This document shows, one piece after another, positions 36,480-49,679 of a DNA stretch of 64,000 nucleotides. Position 1 is the first letter of the stretch, and every line of letters begins with the position of its first letter. The notes beneath the pieces were generated by a model. That model was not told where the DNA came from and made no database searches. It was given only the letters and a program-made list of their open reading frames with translations. The translations under genes and the position numbers were made by a program. The stretch comes from the human T2T-CHM13v2.0 reference genome, Homo sapiens, in the NCBI RefSeq assembly GCF_009914755.1, contig NC_060935.1; one strand, 5' to 3'.

Positions 36480-36850
36480 TGGCAGGTACCTTCTCTCCTC
36501 AGGGCCTTTGCATATGTTTCTACTCCTTCCTCCTGGGCTTCTCTTCGCAGTTCTCATTCTCAGTCCCATTTACTGTTGGGCGAGTTCCTAATCACCTTTC
36601 ATACCTGCATGTAAATGTTACCTCTTCAGGGAAGCCTTCCCTGATTATCCTCCACTCCAGTCTCTAAGTTCCCCGTCCTGTACTCCAACAGCCACCTGTC
36701 TGCCTTTTGTATCACTTAATCAGAATTTTAATTAAATGATTATGAGTATAATGATTTAAGATTTATCTCTCTCAATAAATGTTTTATTCACTATTGAATC
36801 CCCAAATGCCTGTAACAGTGGCTGACTCTGAATTTGTTAAATAAATGAAC
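36480..36850 (+). mobile_element. L2 3' fragment
   Basis: CTCAGGGCCTTTGCATATG..AAATGTTACCTCTTCAGGGAAGCCTTCCCTGA..ATTTGTTAAATAAATGAA. Confidence 0.8.
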
Positions 36851-37297
36851 TAGCAAGTAAAACCTCCGAAATCTCAACATCTGCCCTGGGGGAAAAGCTT
36901 ATGCTTTGCAAGGTGAGCCCTTCATAAATTTCCTAGCTTCCTTAATATTGTGGTCCTACTAAGTGTTCAGGAGAAAGCAAACAAAACAAAATTATTACAT
37001 AACTGGGTAGTTTGAGAAGGAAGAGCAGAAAGTAAAATTATTAAGCATCTACTACATTTCAGGGCTTGTGTTTCTCATTGTATCCTCAAATACCCTGCAA
37101 TATAGAAGAAATTATTTGCATGTGACAAATGAGGAAACAGAAAAAGGACAGAGCATTAGGACTTGTCAGTCCCTTACTCTGGACTTCAGTGTCCTCTTCT
37201 GTAAAATGGGGTTGGGGATGAGTGAGCGAGGCAACCCTTAAGGTCTGTGCCAACTCATTCACTTTCCTTTGGAGGTTTCGTCCCCTATTGTTTATTA

Positions 37298-37334
37298 GTG
37301 TGTTTGTGTGTGTGGGTGTGTGTGTCTGTGTGTG
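37298..37334 (+). repeat. Imperfect (TG)n microsatellite
   Basis: GTGTGTTTGTGTGTGTGGGTGTGTGTCTGTGTGTG. Confidence 0.85.
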
Positions 37335-39369
37335 CATGCGCATGCAAGTGCACAAAATCATCTTGGACAGGAACTACGTCATTAGCATGAGTGCTGGGGC
37401 CCCAAACCCTCAAAGGAGGCACCTTGGATAATTACATTATGGAGTTTGAGCAAGGGTGTGTGTGTCCTGTGCACCCAGGGAAGGCTGGAATGTCTTGCTC
37501 AGCTTTTACTGTATTCCATAGAAAGGATTATAAAGGGATTAGATGCAAATGCACTGAAGATTTGGCTGATTTGGGCTTGTATTCCCGCACCGATGGTTGG
37601 GATATTTATTCAACCCGATATTGCAAGATGCTTTTCCTAGGTGAGAGCAGGCACTGCGATAAATGATAATGCAATCAGCAGCAGCAGGCAAGATGAGAAG
37701 ATAATTGTTTGCCCCACCTTCTCTTTGCTGGTTCTTTAGATTTCATCAATGTTTCCCCCCTAAAGCCTTAGAATCACTGCCCCTAAAACTCTAAGGAGAA
37801 AATGAAATTTTATTCTAATGCACTGGGCAGTTGAGCCCCTGACATTTGCTAGAATTGCTTTAATCTCGCCCAAAACATCCAACTGGAAAGAAATAGGAAA
37901 AAAAAAATGTTATGAGCTGGGTTTAGCAGGCAGGGACCCACCTTCAAGGATGGGTCTGAGGTCTTTTCTCATTCCTGGGGTCATTCTTTTACTGGGCATT
38001 AGCATTTTTCCAGGAGGATCTATCAAATATTTCAGTTCTTTGACTTTTGCAGGTGCAAACAGACTGTTCGATGAGATTGGAAAACTAGAAGCTATTATGC
38101 AAGTTGGAGAAATACCAGAAGAACCTTTCAAATGGAAAACAGGGACCAAGAGAGATTGTATAGAGGAGAACGTGAGAGGAAGAAACACAGGAGTGGTTGT
38201 GGATCTGTGAGGGGATGAGGGAAACTGTCTTAGGAGATCCAGTGATAAATCCATAGCTCTCTGTTCTAAGCACATTAAGTGTGTGAAGTCATTAACCCTC
38301 ACAGTTGCACTATGAGTTTGCTACTATTTTTATGTCTATTTTAAACATGAGGAAACTGGGGTCCAGAGAGGTTGTGGATGCTGTCCTGAAACCTACATGA
38401 GAGCCAGTTCTCCATACTGATTTGTTGTCTCCTTCTCTGATAACAGCAGTAATCATTACAACCATGACAGCATTAATCACAGTGGCTGCAATTCATTGTT
38501 TATCATTAGCCAGGCTCTGTGCTGAGCCCTTATGTCGGGCGATCCTAGCAGATGCCTCACAAGGGTGTAAATATTTTTATTCCAAATTGTACAGGTGAGG
38601 AAACAGGTGAGAGGAGGTTAATTACGTTGGCAGAGATGGCATAACAGAGCCAGCGCTTTACCCAGGACTGCCCCAGCCCGAAGTCCGTTGGTCATTGCAT
38701 GGTGCCTGTGTATTGTGGCAGGGCCAGCACTTTTCGGGCAACAGGTTACCCAGCCCAGGGCTGATCATTTTGTTTTTTTCATCTAGGGACACTGGAAAGT
38801 AGTCAGCTCTTCTCTTCTTGCTTCTCATGGCTGGGTCTCTTGAGTTATCCTTGGCAGCTGTGTAGTAGGCACACAGACCAACGAGCACAGAGGAATAGAG
38901 GCAAGGAAGGGGAGGACTTAGAGTTATGAGGTTTTCACTTTTATTTATAAACTCAAAAAGGGCTGGAGTTACACGATATTTATTTGCATACAGCTTCGTG
39001 ATGTACAATGTGTGTTCACATGCTCCATGTTTTTTGATCCCCACGTAAGGCTGTGAGATAGACTTGATTTATTAGTCTTGGTTTTTAGGCTGAGGAACAA
39101 GTCCAGGAGGTTCAAGGGACTCATCAGGATCACACAGCCAGAAAATAGCAAAGTCTGTTCCTGACTCCAAGTCAGTAGGTTTTGTCAGTCTGTGTTGTTG
39201 TTGGAGAGAACAGTCGGGAGACACATGGACTAACACAAAAGGAATGGATGGGAGAGCAGGCAAAGGTTTGGACCTGCCTTGTCATCCCACAGGACAGGTA
39301 GCCCCAGTGGCACCATGGCTCTGGCAGGCAGACAAACCCCAGGATGCTTAAACTGGGATCCAGGGAGGC

Positions 39370-39575
39370 TTATGTGAAATGTCCAAAATAGACCAGTTTA
39401 TGGAGACAGAGAGTAGATTAGTGGTTGCCTAATGTTGGAGAGGGGTGGAAAGGGGAAAGGGAGTGACTGCTAATGAATACAGAGTTTTCTGGGGTCAGGG
39501 GTGATTAACTCTTCTAAGACTGATCATGGTGATGGTTGCACAATTCTGTAAATATGCGAAAAACCATCAAAATTG
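39370..39575 (+). mobile_element. L1M (L1MB/ME-like) 3' UTR fragment
   Basis: GAGACAGAGAGTAGATTAGTGGTTGCC..GAGTGACTGCTAATG..GGTGATGGTTGCACAA. Confidence 0.85.
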
Positions 39576-41663
39576 CAGCAGGGAGGGCTAGTGCATGAGG
39601 ACCTCCAGGCTGGGAAGCAGGAGCTATTTCCTGTGGGCTTTCTGGTCCGTAAAGCCTCTGGAAGCAGACGCTGTTTACTTCTCACTGAGCAGTAATTGCT
39701 GTTTCTCTGCCAGTCTCCGTCGCCCTTCTTTCTGTTCTGGCCTGGCAGGTGGTGCTGGAGGGAGAAGCCACAATGAGAGAACCTCTTGTTGCCCGGGCCT
39801 GGGTTCCCGGTGGTGACTCCCTTCAGCCCGCACCACTGCTGGAACCCTGCCAAGCTCTGCAGCCTCCCCCCAGCCTCAAGCCCTGTGATCCAGCATGGCC
39901 ACCAGCCTTTCCCTCCTGACCCAGGACACATCAAGCCCAGCCTGAAAACCAAACGCCTGTCCAAAGACTGCTTGCCAAATAAGAATGGACATAGCCAGTA
40001 ACAACACATTCTGGGGGCTGTGGCCAGAATTCTGCACATTGCCCTCTGGGTCCCTGCCTAATGCCTTTTGTACCCCAGCCCAGTCTTTGACATTGCTTTG
40101 CATGGACAGGTTCCAAAGGAAATAGATAAACTCTCTGTTTCCCTTCCCATCAGGAAACCACTTCATTCCCTGGAGAGCTCTCTACCTAGGAGGCTCTGTT
40201 GGGACTCTGAGGGGTGGAAAGAGGGGAGGGTCTGATCAACTCTGAGAGCTGGGGGCTGTAGGAAGGGTGGCAGTTTGTCTTGAGGGACAACAGCCTTGCA
40301 TGGGCTGTAAAGTGAAACTCATAGCTGGCAGTTTGCTTTCTTGGGAAGATTCTGGGTACAGAGGCTAGGGCTTAATTAGAGACAGAGACTAAAACTGGCC
40401 TCCATGAGAGGAGACTGAGCAAGGTGGGCAGTAATGGTAAATGCCTCCGAGGTGCCAACTACCAATGGCCCATGTGTCTGGGGAGAACCAGAGAGGGAGG
40501 CTACATGACGGGGAGGGAGGCAGGGAAAAAATTAAAAAGGAAGGGTCCCATCCCCTGCTGGTAGGCTAAAACCACAAGGTAACTGTTCTGCATTCACATT
40601 TTATTTTAGGATCTTAGAGTGAAAGCTCAATTAACTAGAATGGGGCAAAATGACTAATTGGAATTGCTGAATAACTCGGGACCAGGTGGAAGCCACTTTC
40701 CTGTTTCAGCCTTTGCCAGGAGAAAAGAAAATGTTTGAAAATAACTTGGTCTCCTTCTCCTTGTCAGTGCTGGAGAGGGTTTCCCAGCAGTGTGTTTTCA
40801 TACTGACATGCCACACAGCCCTTCACAGGCATGCCACCAGACTATGCAGATCAGCACGATATTGCATTTTGCAATAACTGAATATTTGTGCTGTGACACT
40901 GGCTTGGATGATGCTGCAAAGAGAGGGATACAACCTGTAAAGAAGTAAAATAGTGAATCCCTTTGATTTTCTTGAGATATGTGAGAACTTTGCTTTGGAA
41001 ATATGTAGGGGAGCCCAAGAAGGACGATACGTAACTCTACCTGCACAGAGACCCAGGCTGGGGCGGGGGCGGTGTGGAGGGCTGACTAGAAGCTTGTGAT
41101 TTCTGCAGTTGCATTTCTAGACCATGTGTGACAAGTGTGATGACCGGGCATTTTTATAGAAAGGGTGAGACTTGCTTCTGCTGCAGCAATGGTGATGTTA
41201 TTCTTGCTGACTTGTTTGGTGGTGTTTCACGTTTCTTTATCTCTTCCAGTGTGTCATCCACAGTTTTTGCATTCAAAGGGGTGTTATTCTCAACCAGAAA
41301 AAGTTGAGACCCACAGGTGTTGAAAAGCAAGTAGAATGTCGAATGACCCCAATCTTTGCAGTGGTTATTTGCATGGAAAACTGTAGAGTAGGGCTACTTT
41401 GGGAAGCCCTGCTGGTTACACAGTCAGATCCCAGGGTGATGGCACCCTGATGTGGCTGCCACACTCCTTTCATTGTGCATCAGCAGCAGGGCATCTCTGT
41501 GGAGGGGACAGAGTGGTGTCCTGGGCCAGGGTGTGGCCTAAGGGGATTTAGTGGTGTAGACAGTCATGGGCCCTGTCCCCATGAAGCACAGGCATGCTTG
41601 GCACACTATGTAAATCTCTCCCTTTTGATGCTCCCATTATTTTCGTTTCTTTTGTGGGCCAAC

Positions 41664-42095
41664 TATTATGGGTTGACTTGGATCCTCCAAAAACCTATGT
41701 TGAAGTCCTAACCCCTAATTCCTCAGAATGTGACCTTATTTGGAAATAAAGTCATCACAGATGTAATTAGTTAAAATGAGGTTATTGGAGTGGCGTGAGC
41801 CCTTAATCCAATATGACTGGTTTGAGAATAGGAGAGAGACACACATGGGATGGGCAACTCTGTGCAATGAAGAGGCAGAGATGGGAGTGATGCAGCTGTA
41901 CACAAAGGATGCCAAGGCTTGATGGCCACTACCAGAAGCTAGGAAGATGCAAGGAAGAATTCTACCCTGAGCTCCAGAGGGAGCATGGCGCTGCTCACAC
42001 CTTGATTCTGGACTTCTAGCCTCCAGAAATGTGAGACAATAAATGTCTGTTCCTTTAAGCCACCCAGTTTGTGGCAGCCCCAGGAGACTAATATG
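41664..42095 (+). mobile_element. MLT1C-like solo LTR
   Basis: TATGTTGAAGTCCTAACCCC..CAGAATGTGACCTTATTTGGAAAT..GACTTCTAGCCTCCAGAAATGTGAGACAATAAAT. Confidence 0.9.
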
Positions 42096-43039
42096 CCAGT
42101 CTCTACCCTGCCCCACCATTTCAGCCTAATCTGTATATTTTCTTTTACAATGCTAAGATTTGCACCAAAGTTGGCACCTAGGTCTGCAGGCTGGGGGCTA
42201 TTCTGCCTCATCATGATGCTTTTGTGCAGCTCTTCTCTAGGGTGTTTTGTGTTTGTCTTGGAGGGTGCCTCTAGCAGGAAAATCTTAATGTACTCATTTT
42301 CAAGCTTGGAGGGAGACTGTTGTCCTCAGTACTAGAACAACAATTCTGTTCACCCAGGGTTTATGTAACATTCTCTCACCAGATCCTCTCAACACACATT
42401 CTGCAGCTCTTTAACATTGCGGTTTTTCTGACCTTATTTTTACCGACATTTTAGGTGAAAATATTTATCAACTCCTCAACCCAATTCTCCCCTTTAGGCC
42501 ACAGGATTCTCCACACAGCCTGGAAGCTGCAGAAATTACCAGAGTACACTTTCTCCGCATCTCAGAGAGACCAACTCACTAACTGTTTTTATCCCTGACA
42601 TTTTATTTGAAGGTGTGTTTGACATTTAACCTTAGGGGATGGTCCCTAAATCCATTATGCATTTACTGCCTCGGTGGGGCTCACAAAGGAGAGAATTCTG
42701 GGTGGAAGGCCAGGCTCTGGGAGAAACTTCCAACGCCAGGCCAGTCTCCAACACTGATTTACTTCATGTTCTCTGGAAGTCTCCTGCCCGCAGCAGCTGC
42801 TCCTTCAAAGAGGGAAAAGCTTTGGACTCATGAGTTGAACCAGAAGAGATGGCTGCAGCCAGGCAGGCCCAGGCTGTGCTCTGGGCTGAAGCAGGGGCAT
42901 GAGGAGGAGTTTTTGGGGCCTCTGAGCTGTTTAATTCTAATCATCCACCCTTCGTTTCAAAATGGTGCAAGGTGACTGGGAGTTTGGAAATCTAGGTTCT
43001 CCTTCCCAGCTGAATGTCTGACTTTGGAAAGTAGGAAAA

Positions 43040-43270
43040 CAGTGATAGTTAAGAGCATGACCTTTGGGGTTTGGGTACCGGCTCTGAATATGACTAGCCA
43101 TGTGATTTTGGGCAAATTATATAACTTGTATAAGCATCAGTCTCCTCATCTGTAGAATGGATGGAGTGGTAGAGGGAGATATTCTTAACCTCATATAGCC
43201 AGTGTGGAGAATACAAATTTTCATATTTATAAAGCACATAGCACAATGTCTGGTACACAGGAGTAAATGA
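43040..43270 (+). mobile_element. MIR SINE
   Basis: TAGTTAAGAGCATG..TGTGATTTTGGGCAAATT..CTCCTCATCTGTAGAATGG. Confidence 0.8.
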
Positions 43271-43759
43271 AAGCAGGCATTATTTTTCTGGGCAACTCAC
43301 TGTGTATCTCTGGACCTCTCTTTTTCCATCTATAAAATGGGGGTTCACAGCACTTACAGCTCAAATATTATATTCCATGCCTGAGAGGGAACTTGCAGCC
43401 TCTCTGTCCTCTACATCAACCATGTATTTTCTCTACTTCTGTCTTTTACTTTTCCATCATTTTATTTTTAATTGTATTTTTTCCAAATCATGAACACAAT
43501 TTTTTAAGTGTAAAAAGAAATTTAAAATTCTACAATTTCAGAACCAGAGAGCATTTTCCAATATAACTTTCCAGTTTCTACATATCCTTTTTTCACTTTG
43601 TAATTTCATGTGAACATCTTCCCAGATGCTAATTGCTCTTCAGCAGCATCTTAAATAGTTTGACAACCCAGAGTACAAAAGCCTTGAAAATTAAGAGATA
43701 AAATATATATTATGGATACTAGAATAGTTTCCAGTTTTCCCTTGATACAAATAACTCTG

Positions 43760-44215
43760 TAAGGCAGTTACTGCGATTCAGGAAGTGATGCTGGAGGCTT
43801 GGACCAGGTGGAAGCAGGGTGGGGTGGGAAGTGCTAGGACTGTGGTTGCTTTGAAGGTAGAGCTGGGAGGATTTGTTGGTTGATGGGATGAGGCATGTGA
43901 GTGACAGAAAGGAATCAAGGTTGATTCCAAGTGTTTCAGCCTGAGCAACTAGAAGAATGGGCTTGCCATTGACTGAGATGGGAAAGGCTGCATGTGCAGC
44001 AGGTTTGGGAGAGAATAGCAGGAATTTGGTTTTAAAGTGTTACTGTGGAGATTTCTTTATATGTGCAAGTGGAGAAGTCAAATAGGCAGCTGGAGTTATG
44101 AGCATGTAATTCAGGAAGATGTCCTGGCTGGAGATATAAATTAGGATGTCATCAATGTGTAGAGATGGACTTAAAGACTTGAGATCAAATGAGATCTCTA
44201 AGGGACTCCAAGAGC
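43760..44215 (-). mobile_element. L2 fragment
   Basis: GCCTGAGCAACTAGAAGAATGGGCTTGCCATTGACTGAGATGGGAAAG..GGCTGGAGATATAAATT. Confidence 0.85.
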
Positions 44216-44956
44216 TGCAGAACTCAGAACAGCTTCTACCACATGATGGGGATCTTTTGTCTTTTTGCTGCAAGTAAAAGGTGACATAGGCCCCTCTTTC
44301 TCCTAAGCCAATGGTGTAGTATTGAAGTTTGAGCCCCACAATACCGAATGAACTGCCACCTTTCTTAACAACTCCCACCCCCAAAGTCCAGAACTGCCAC
44401 CCTTACTAACAACACCGTGGGCGGGAAATCACAGAAGGCTTTCTCAGCTGAGGATAAAAGAGGCTTAAGTTGTGAACAGTTTTAAGGCTGATTTATTTAC
44501 AACCTATAGGATTGTGCTAATTTATGCACCTTGGTTAATTCTTCACCACAACTCATCTCTTTGTTACAAGCAAAATGAGCCATGTCTACTTTCCCTGTTT
44601 TGTTTTCCTTTGGCTGATGTTGTGGGACAGGAGCATGAGGGTTCAGGGGAGATGATAGAATGCACTCGCAATTTTGGCTAGCTCTATTTTGGTCCCTCTG
44701 ACTGTTCAACAATCTCTGCAGACAGAGAGTAGGAGAAATGAGGACGGCAATAAAGCCAAGGGACTTCCTGCTGGGCTGGTGTTTCCACCTGGATGAGGAC
44801 CTGAGTTTCCAGAGGCTGGGCAACAGACCAAGGTCACCATATACAACATACCCAAGTATTCATGTCAGCAGTGGGGTTTTATGAAATTTCAGTGAACAAA
44901 CAAGAAAGACACAATGGTAGATGAAGTTATTAACAGAATTAAAAAGATGAAATTTC

Positions 44957-45094
44957 ACCTGGGCATGGTGGCTCACACCTATTATCCCAGCACTTTGGGA
45001 GGCTGAGGTGGGAGGAGCAACTGAACCCAGGAGTTCATGACCAGACCAGGCAACATAGCAAGACCCTCTCTCTCCAAAAAAAAAAAATAATAAT
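44957..45094 (+). mobile_element. Alu left monomer (FLAM-like)
   Basis: CTGGGCATGGTGGCTCACACC..CCCAGGAGTTC..GCAACATAGCAAGACCC + A tail; GATGAAAT on both flanks. Confidence 0.88.
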
Positions 45095-46797
45095 ACGATG
45101 AAATGGGTTTTGCAGAAGAGAAAGGATGTGGATTGGTGAGAAAGTAGTAGAAGGAATCACTGCTAACTCCCTTCTCCTGGCCTGCGCAGTCCACTTTCTT
45201 GGTTTCTCATGCCTGTTACATGATCCCTTTAGAGCCAAAGTTTGCAAAAACTCACAGCCACCCTAGTGAAAGCCTGGAGGTTCTGCATGTGAGCGTGCCC
45301 TGGCATGGTGTTCCTCCTTTGGGGCATTTATCTCCCTGGTTTAAGTCTTTCTGCTTCTGATTCTGAACTCTCACACATCCTTGAGTGGAATCACCAAACC
45401 TCTAGAGTTTTGATTTCTTCCACTTTTAAATGAGAATAATGACACCTCCTTGCAGAACTTTTGGGCGGATTAAGTAAAACTGCCCCCAAATTGCCCATCT
45501 GTACCTGGCACTTAATTCAGTATCATGCACCCCAAACTGACACCAGTCATGCCTGTCAGGAAGTGGCCAAGTTATTTTCAGCCCTGCAAAGAGGAGGTGG
45601 TTGAGCATCAAAGGTTCAGAAGTCATTCCAGAATTTCAGGATAAGCCCCCAGAAGCAGACTAGGCTCTTGGCCAGGCTTATCCAGATATTGCACCATGCA
45701 CCAGTGGTACACCAAACAGCCAGAGGAGGCTCCTAAAGGAGTGGTTCTCAGTCAGGGTTCTGTGGTTCCCACCCTGGTGTCCCCTAAGACCCTTTGCAGG
45801 TAAGAAAGCCCACTAGGATCAATGGGTAAAAATAATCTTGTTATAGCTGAGGATTTCTACTGATAGAGACATGGCTGCAAAACCAAGCATGGACTGAGCC
45901 CTAGCATTGGGGAACAACTTTGCATTAAGATGGAGGTGTAGAATGGCGTCCAGCCTGTGCCATAGAAAGATACTATGTTTGCTGGGAACAACAAAACTGT
46001 GCTTTGTAAAAATACAAGAGGGCATAGCTGGGACAGCAAACAATTCCTCTCAAACAGCAGCACAGAGCTAAAGAGGGACAGAGAAGTAGGGTGAATAGAG
46101 TGGGCTATTGACTTCTTCCTTCTGGGCTTCAATTTCTTCATTTGGGCTTGGAAAGATTAATGGATGTTCAACTTTCCTGGATAACAGACTCCTAGGGGAA
46201 TTTCATCAAAGCTTCATTCATTCAGTCATTCAGCCATCCATTCATTCAACACATTTTGTTATGCATCTGTGATGTTCCAGACCCATGCTAAATGTTGAGA
46301 TTCACAGGAAGTAAAGGGGAAACAGCCTACCCTTGCCTTGGCTCAATTGACTCCAATTCTGTTATTTAACATTCAGCCCAGGAAGCTCTCCTGACCCACC
46401 CCTTCTCTGTGGTTAGATCAGGTACCTCTATCCCATGCTGAGTGCAGCTGCACACCTGCCATCTCTCTGTGCCCAGACTGGACATTACTCCACCTCCAAC
46501 CAGATGTAGAGTTGTTCTCCCCGCTGCACTGCCGTCCGTGGTCTGCTTTACAGCTTGGCTGTGTCAGTAGACATCCTCAGTTAGAACAAAATACCCTGCC
46601 TTTTGTTGGGCTTTTCCTTCACAGCTGTAATTAAATAATCATGTAATTAGTTCATTCGCTTGATCATTCAGCAAACATTTATTAGTTGTTTAACATTCCT
46701 CTCATCTGATAAATGAAAGCAGAGATCACATCTGACTTATTCATTCCTGTGTTCCTGGCATGACGTGTAAGAGCTTACAGAGTATAACGGTAATAAT

Positions 46798-47165
46798 TGC
46801 CCTGGACGGGGTGTTTGCGCCCCTACTCAAAATTCCTATGCTGAAATCTTAACCCTCAGTGTGATGGGATTAGGAGGCGGGGCCTTTGAGAGGTAATTAG
46901 ATCATAAGGGTGGAACCCTCATGAATGGGATCCACATCCTTATAAAAGGGACCCCATAGAGCTCCCTCACCTTTTCCGCTGTGTGAGGAAACGAAACAAT
47001 GAGATGAGAGTCTGCCACCCAGAAGAGGGCCCTCACCAGAACCTGGCCATGCTGGCACCCTGATCTGAGACTTCCAGCTTCTAGAACTGTGAAAAATAAA
47101 TATCTGTTGTTTATAAGCCACCCAGTCTATGGTATTTTGTTATAGCAGCCTGAAGTAAGCAATAT
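46798..47165 (+). mobile_element. MLT1A0-like solo LTR
   Basis: GGGGCCTTTGAGAGGTAATTAG..CATGCTGGCACCCTGATCTGAGACTTCCAG..AAGCCACCCAGTCTATGGTATTTTGTTATAGCAGCC. Confidence 0.9.
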
Positions 47166-47364
47166 TAACAACAATAATAATAATAACAAGAACAACCACT
47201 CAACTTCATTAATTCATAATTCGTTCCCAAAATCTTTGTGGAACACCTGCCTTCTACCACCAAATACCAACTGGGCCTCTCAGGGCAGGCTTCCCAGGTG
47301 CCTGGATAAAATGATGAACAAGGCAGGTGCACAGTTCTGCCTTCATGCAGCATGGGCTCTCGTA

Positions 47365-47575
47365 AGGTGCTTATTGTGTGCTAGGGGCTGTCCTAACTCT
47401 TTATGCCTTATTTAATCTTCACGTTTCCTTTTAACATGTGTGCTTTCATTATCACCATTTTATGGGTGGAGCAACTGAGGCACAAAGCAGTAAGTCCCTT
47501 GCTCAAGGCCACAGAGCTCGGAGATGGTAGAGCCAGGGTTTGAACCCTGATGATGTAGCTCTAGCTCCCTCTGCC
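47365..47575 (-). mobile_element. MIR SINE
   Basis: AACTGAGGCACAAAG..CTTGCTCAAGGCCACAGAG..GGTAGAGCCAGGGTTTGAACCC. Confidence 0.8.
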
Positions 47576-48460
47576 ACCTAACAGAGAGTGCGTGCTCTGT
47601 AACTAGTTGCTGAATGAATGAAGGAATGACAGAATCCCCCTTTTCCAGGTTTGACATTCAGGAAGGCTGCCCCTGCCTTGGTTTGAGATTCAGCCCAGCA
47701 TGTCAATGCACCATGTTACCCCTCCCATCTCATTTAAGCAGACCCTCCAGGCTGGGGCTGGCTGGCTGGAGCACTGACCTGGAGGAGAATGTCCTTTAGC
47801 AAAGAGCTCCATGGAGAAAGTGAGGCAAACTGCGTGATCACCAGAGGAGTGATGATTCCACAAACACCAACTGGGCCTCTCAGGGAGATCCTGGGCCTTC
47901 TCTGGGAATGCTGAGGCTGGAATCTGTGAAGCGCGTTTGAGAATTCAGCTGCAGCATGAACCTGCTAATTAGGGGTTGTGTTTATTTTGTGCTACATAAA
48001 GCACATTAGATTAACTAAGCAAGACGGAAGCATTTGGAGGGATAACTCTTTCTCTCTGGCCCAGGCTTTCTTTAACTTTACTCTTAGGGCCTGAGGGCAC
48101 TGAGGTCCTTTCTTTGCTGGACCAAAGGAGACAGAGTGTTTCCTGGCAGGGTGCCCAGAGCTCCACTCTCCTCCACGCTCAGGCAGCCACTGACCACAGG
48201 GACCCCTGGAAGGATATGGCTGCCTCTAATCCTTTTATTGCGATGCACTCATAAACAAACACTCACGGGCATTTTACTAGACAACAGCCCAGGAGCTGAC
48301 ACCAGCTCATTTTCAGGCACGCACGGCCAGCTACAGATGAATTTTAAAATGCTGCTGAAAACTAGAAAAGTATTAAATGACTTGCCAGGGCAGAAGGGAA
48401 GAAGCCATGGGATGCCCTGCCAACCCTGAGGCAAAATCCGCCCCGTGGCCTGTGGGGCCC

Positions 48461-48538
48461 ACCTGATTGTCTCTGCCTCCCTGTCCCATACCTCAGTGTA
48501 CCTGACTGTCTTTGCCTCCCAATCCTGTACCTCACTGT
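48461..48538 (+). repeat. 39-bp tandem duplication (2 units, 7 mismatches)
   Basis: ACCTGATTGTCTCTGCCTCCCTGTCCCATACCTCAGTGT / ACCTGACTGTCTTTGCCTCCCAATCCTGTACCTCACTGT. Confidence 0.9.
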
Positions 48539-49679
48539 GTGTTTCAGCCACGCTGCCTGCTTTCCATTCAGTGACAGCTCCTTCCTGCCCCAAGCTCTAC
48601 GCAAATGCTGTTCCCCCTTTCCCTCCTTCCTCCTTTCCCATCCTCTAGGGCCCCCTCCCCTATTTTACCCTATCTTTGGAGACCCTAAGCTAAGGCCTCT
48701 CATAGAGGACATGAGCTCCCCAGGAATATCAAAGACAGCTCAGATTTCAGGAATGGGGAACAGGAAGATGCACTTTGCCAAGCGAGGTCCCAGTGGTGTG
48801 TCTCCAGGTACCTCTGGGTACCAGGTGCTCTGCCGGTCTCAGTCCCAAGCTGGCACGCACAGGAGGCAGGGGCGTGGGCCTTGGGAGAGCAGAGGCCACT
48901 GCTGGCTGCCATTACCATTTCATTACTCATCTGCTAATTGTGGCAAATGGGGATTTTACAGCTCCCCTGGCCCTCGCTGTGGGCTGAGGCAGCGGTTTGA
49001 TGGAAAGGGAATGGAAGAACAGCCTTGGAATCTTTTAAGAAGGCCCATGCGCCTGCCTATCTGGTTTATTTGGACCCTGCAAGCCTGCATTTGGGTCCAA
49101 CAGCCATTTGGCCATGAGGCGGGGCGTGGTGATGGGCCTTGGAACCCAAACACTCCAAGCTGAACCCTGCCTCTCCCCATCTGGAGAGAACTCTTCCACT
49201 TGGGTCATTCATAGTGGGTGGCCAGTGGTTGCCACTGGGTTTAGAAGAGTGATTGAGTCACGTGCTACTGCTGGGCAGACCCTCTGAGAGGAGGGTGAGG
49301 GGGCTGTGAGGAGACACCAGGCTTCCTCTTGGAGACCATGGACCCAGAGGCCAGTCCCCAAGTCCTAGGTAGCTGTGATCCACAGCAGCAGAGAGCCAAG
49401 CTTTGAGGAGCACAGGCTTTAGAATCCACGGCCAAATCGGAGCTGGCTCTCTAAGTGATGGGACATTTAGTTTCTGAGTTTTGGGTAAGATGAAATTAGA
49501 TAATGTACATAAGTGCTCAGCAATAAAGGATCCAGTTATCGGGGAGGCAGAAGAAAATTCTCACGCCCTGTGCAGCTCACAGTTTCATTCTTGACCTATC
49601 TTATGCGTTAGTGGGGATATTTGAGGTGCTCCTTACCCTATCTGCCACTCTGTAATAATAACCAATAATTATATCTGAC

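Noticed and set aside
48537-49163. Longest ORF (208 aa)
   Set aside because: Non-ATG start, no recognisable domain, composition typical of a chance ORF in GC-rich DNA
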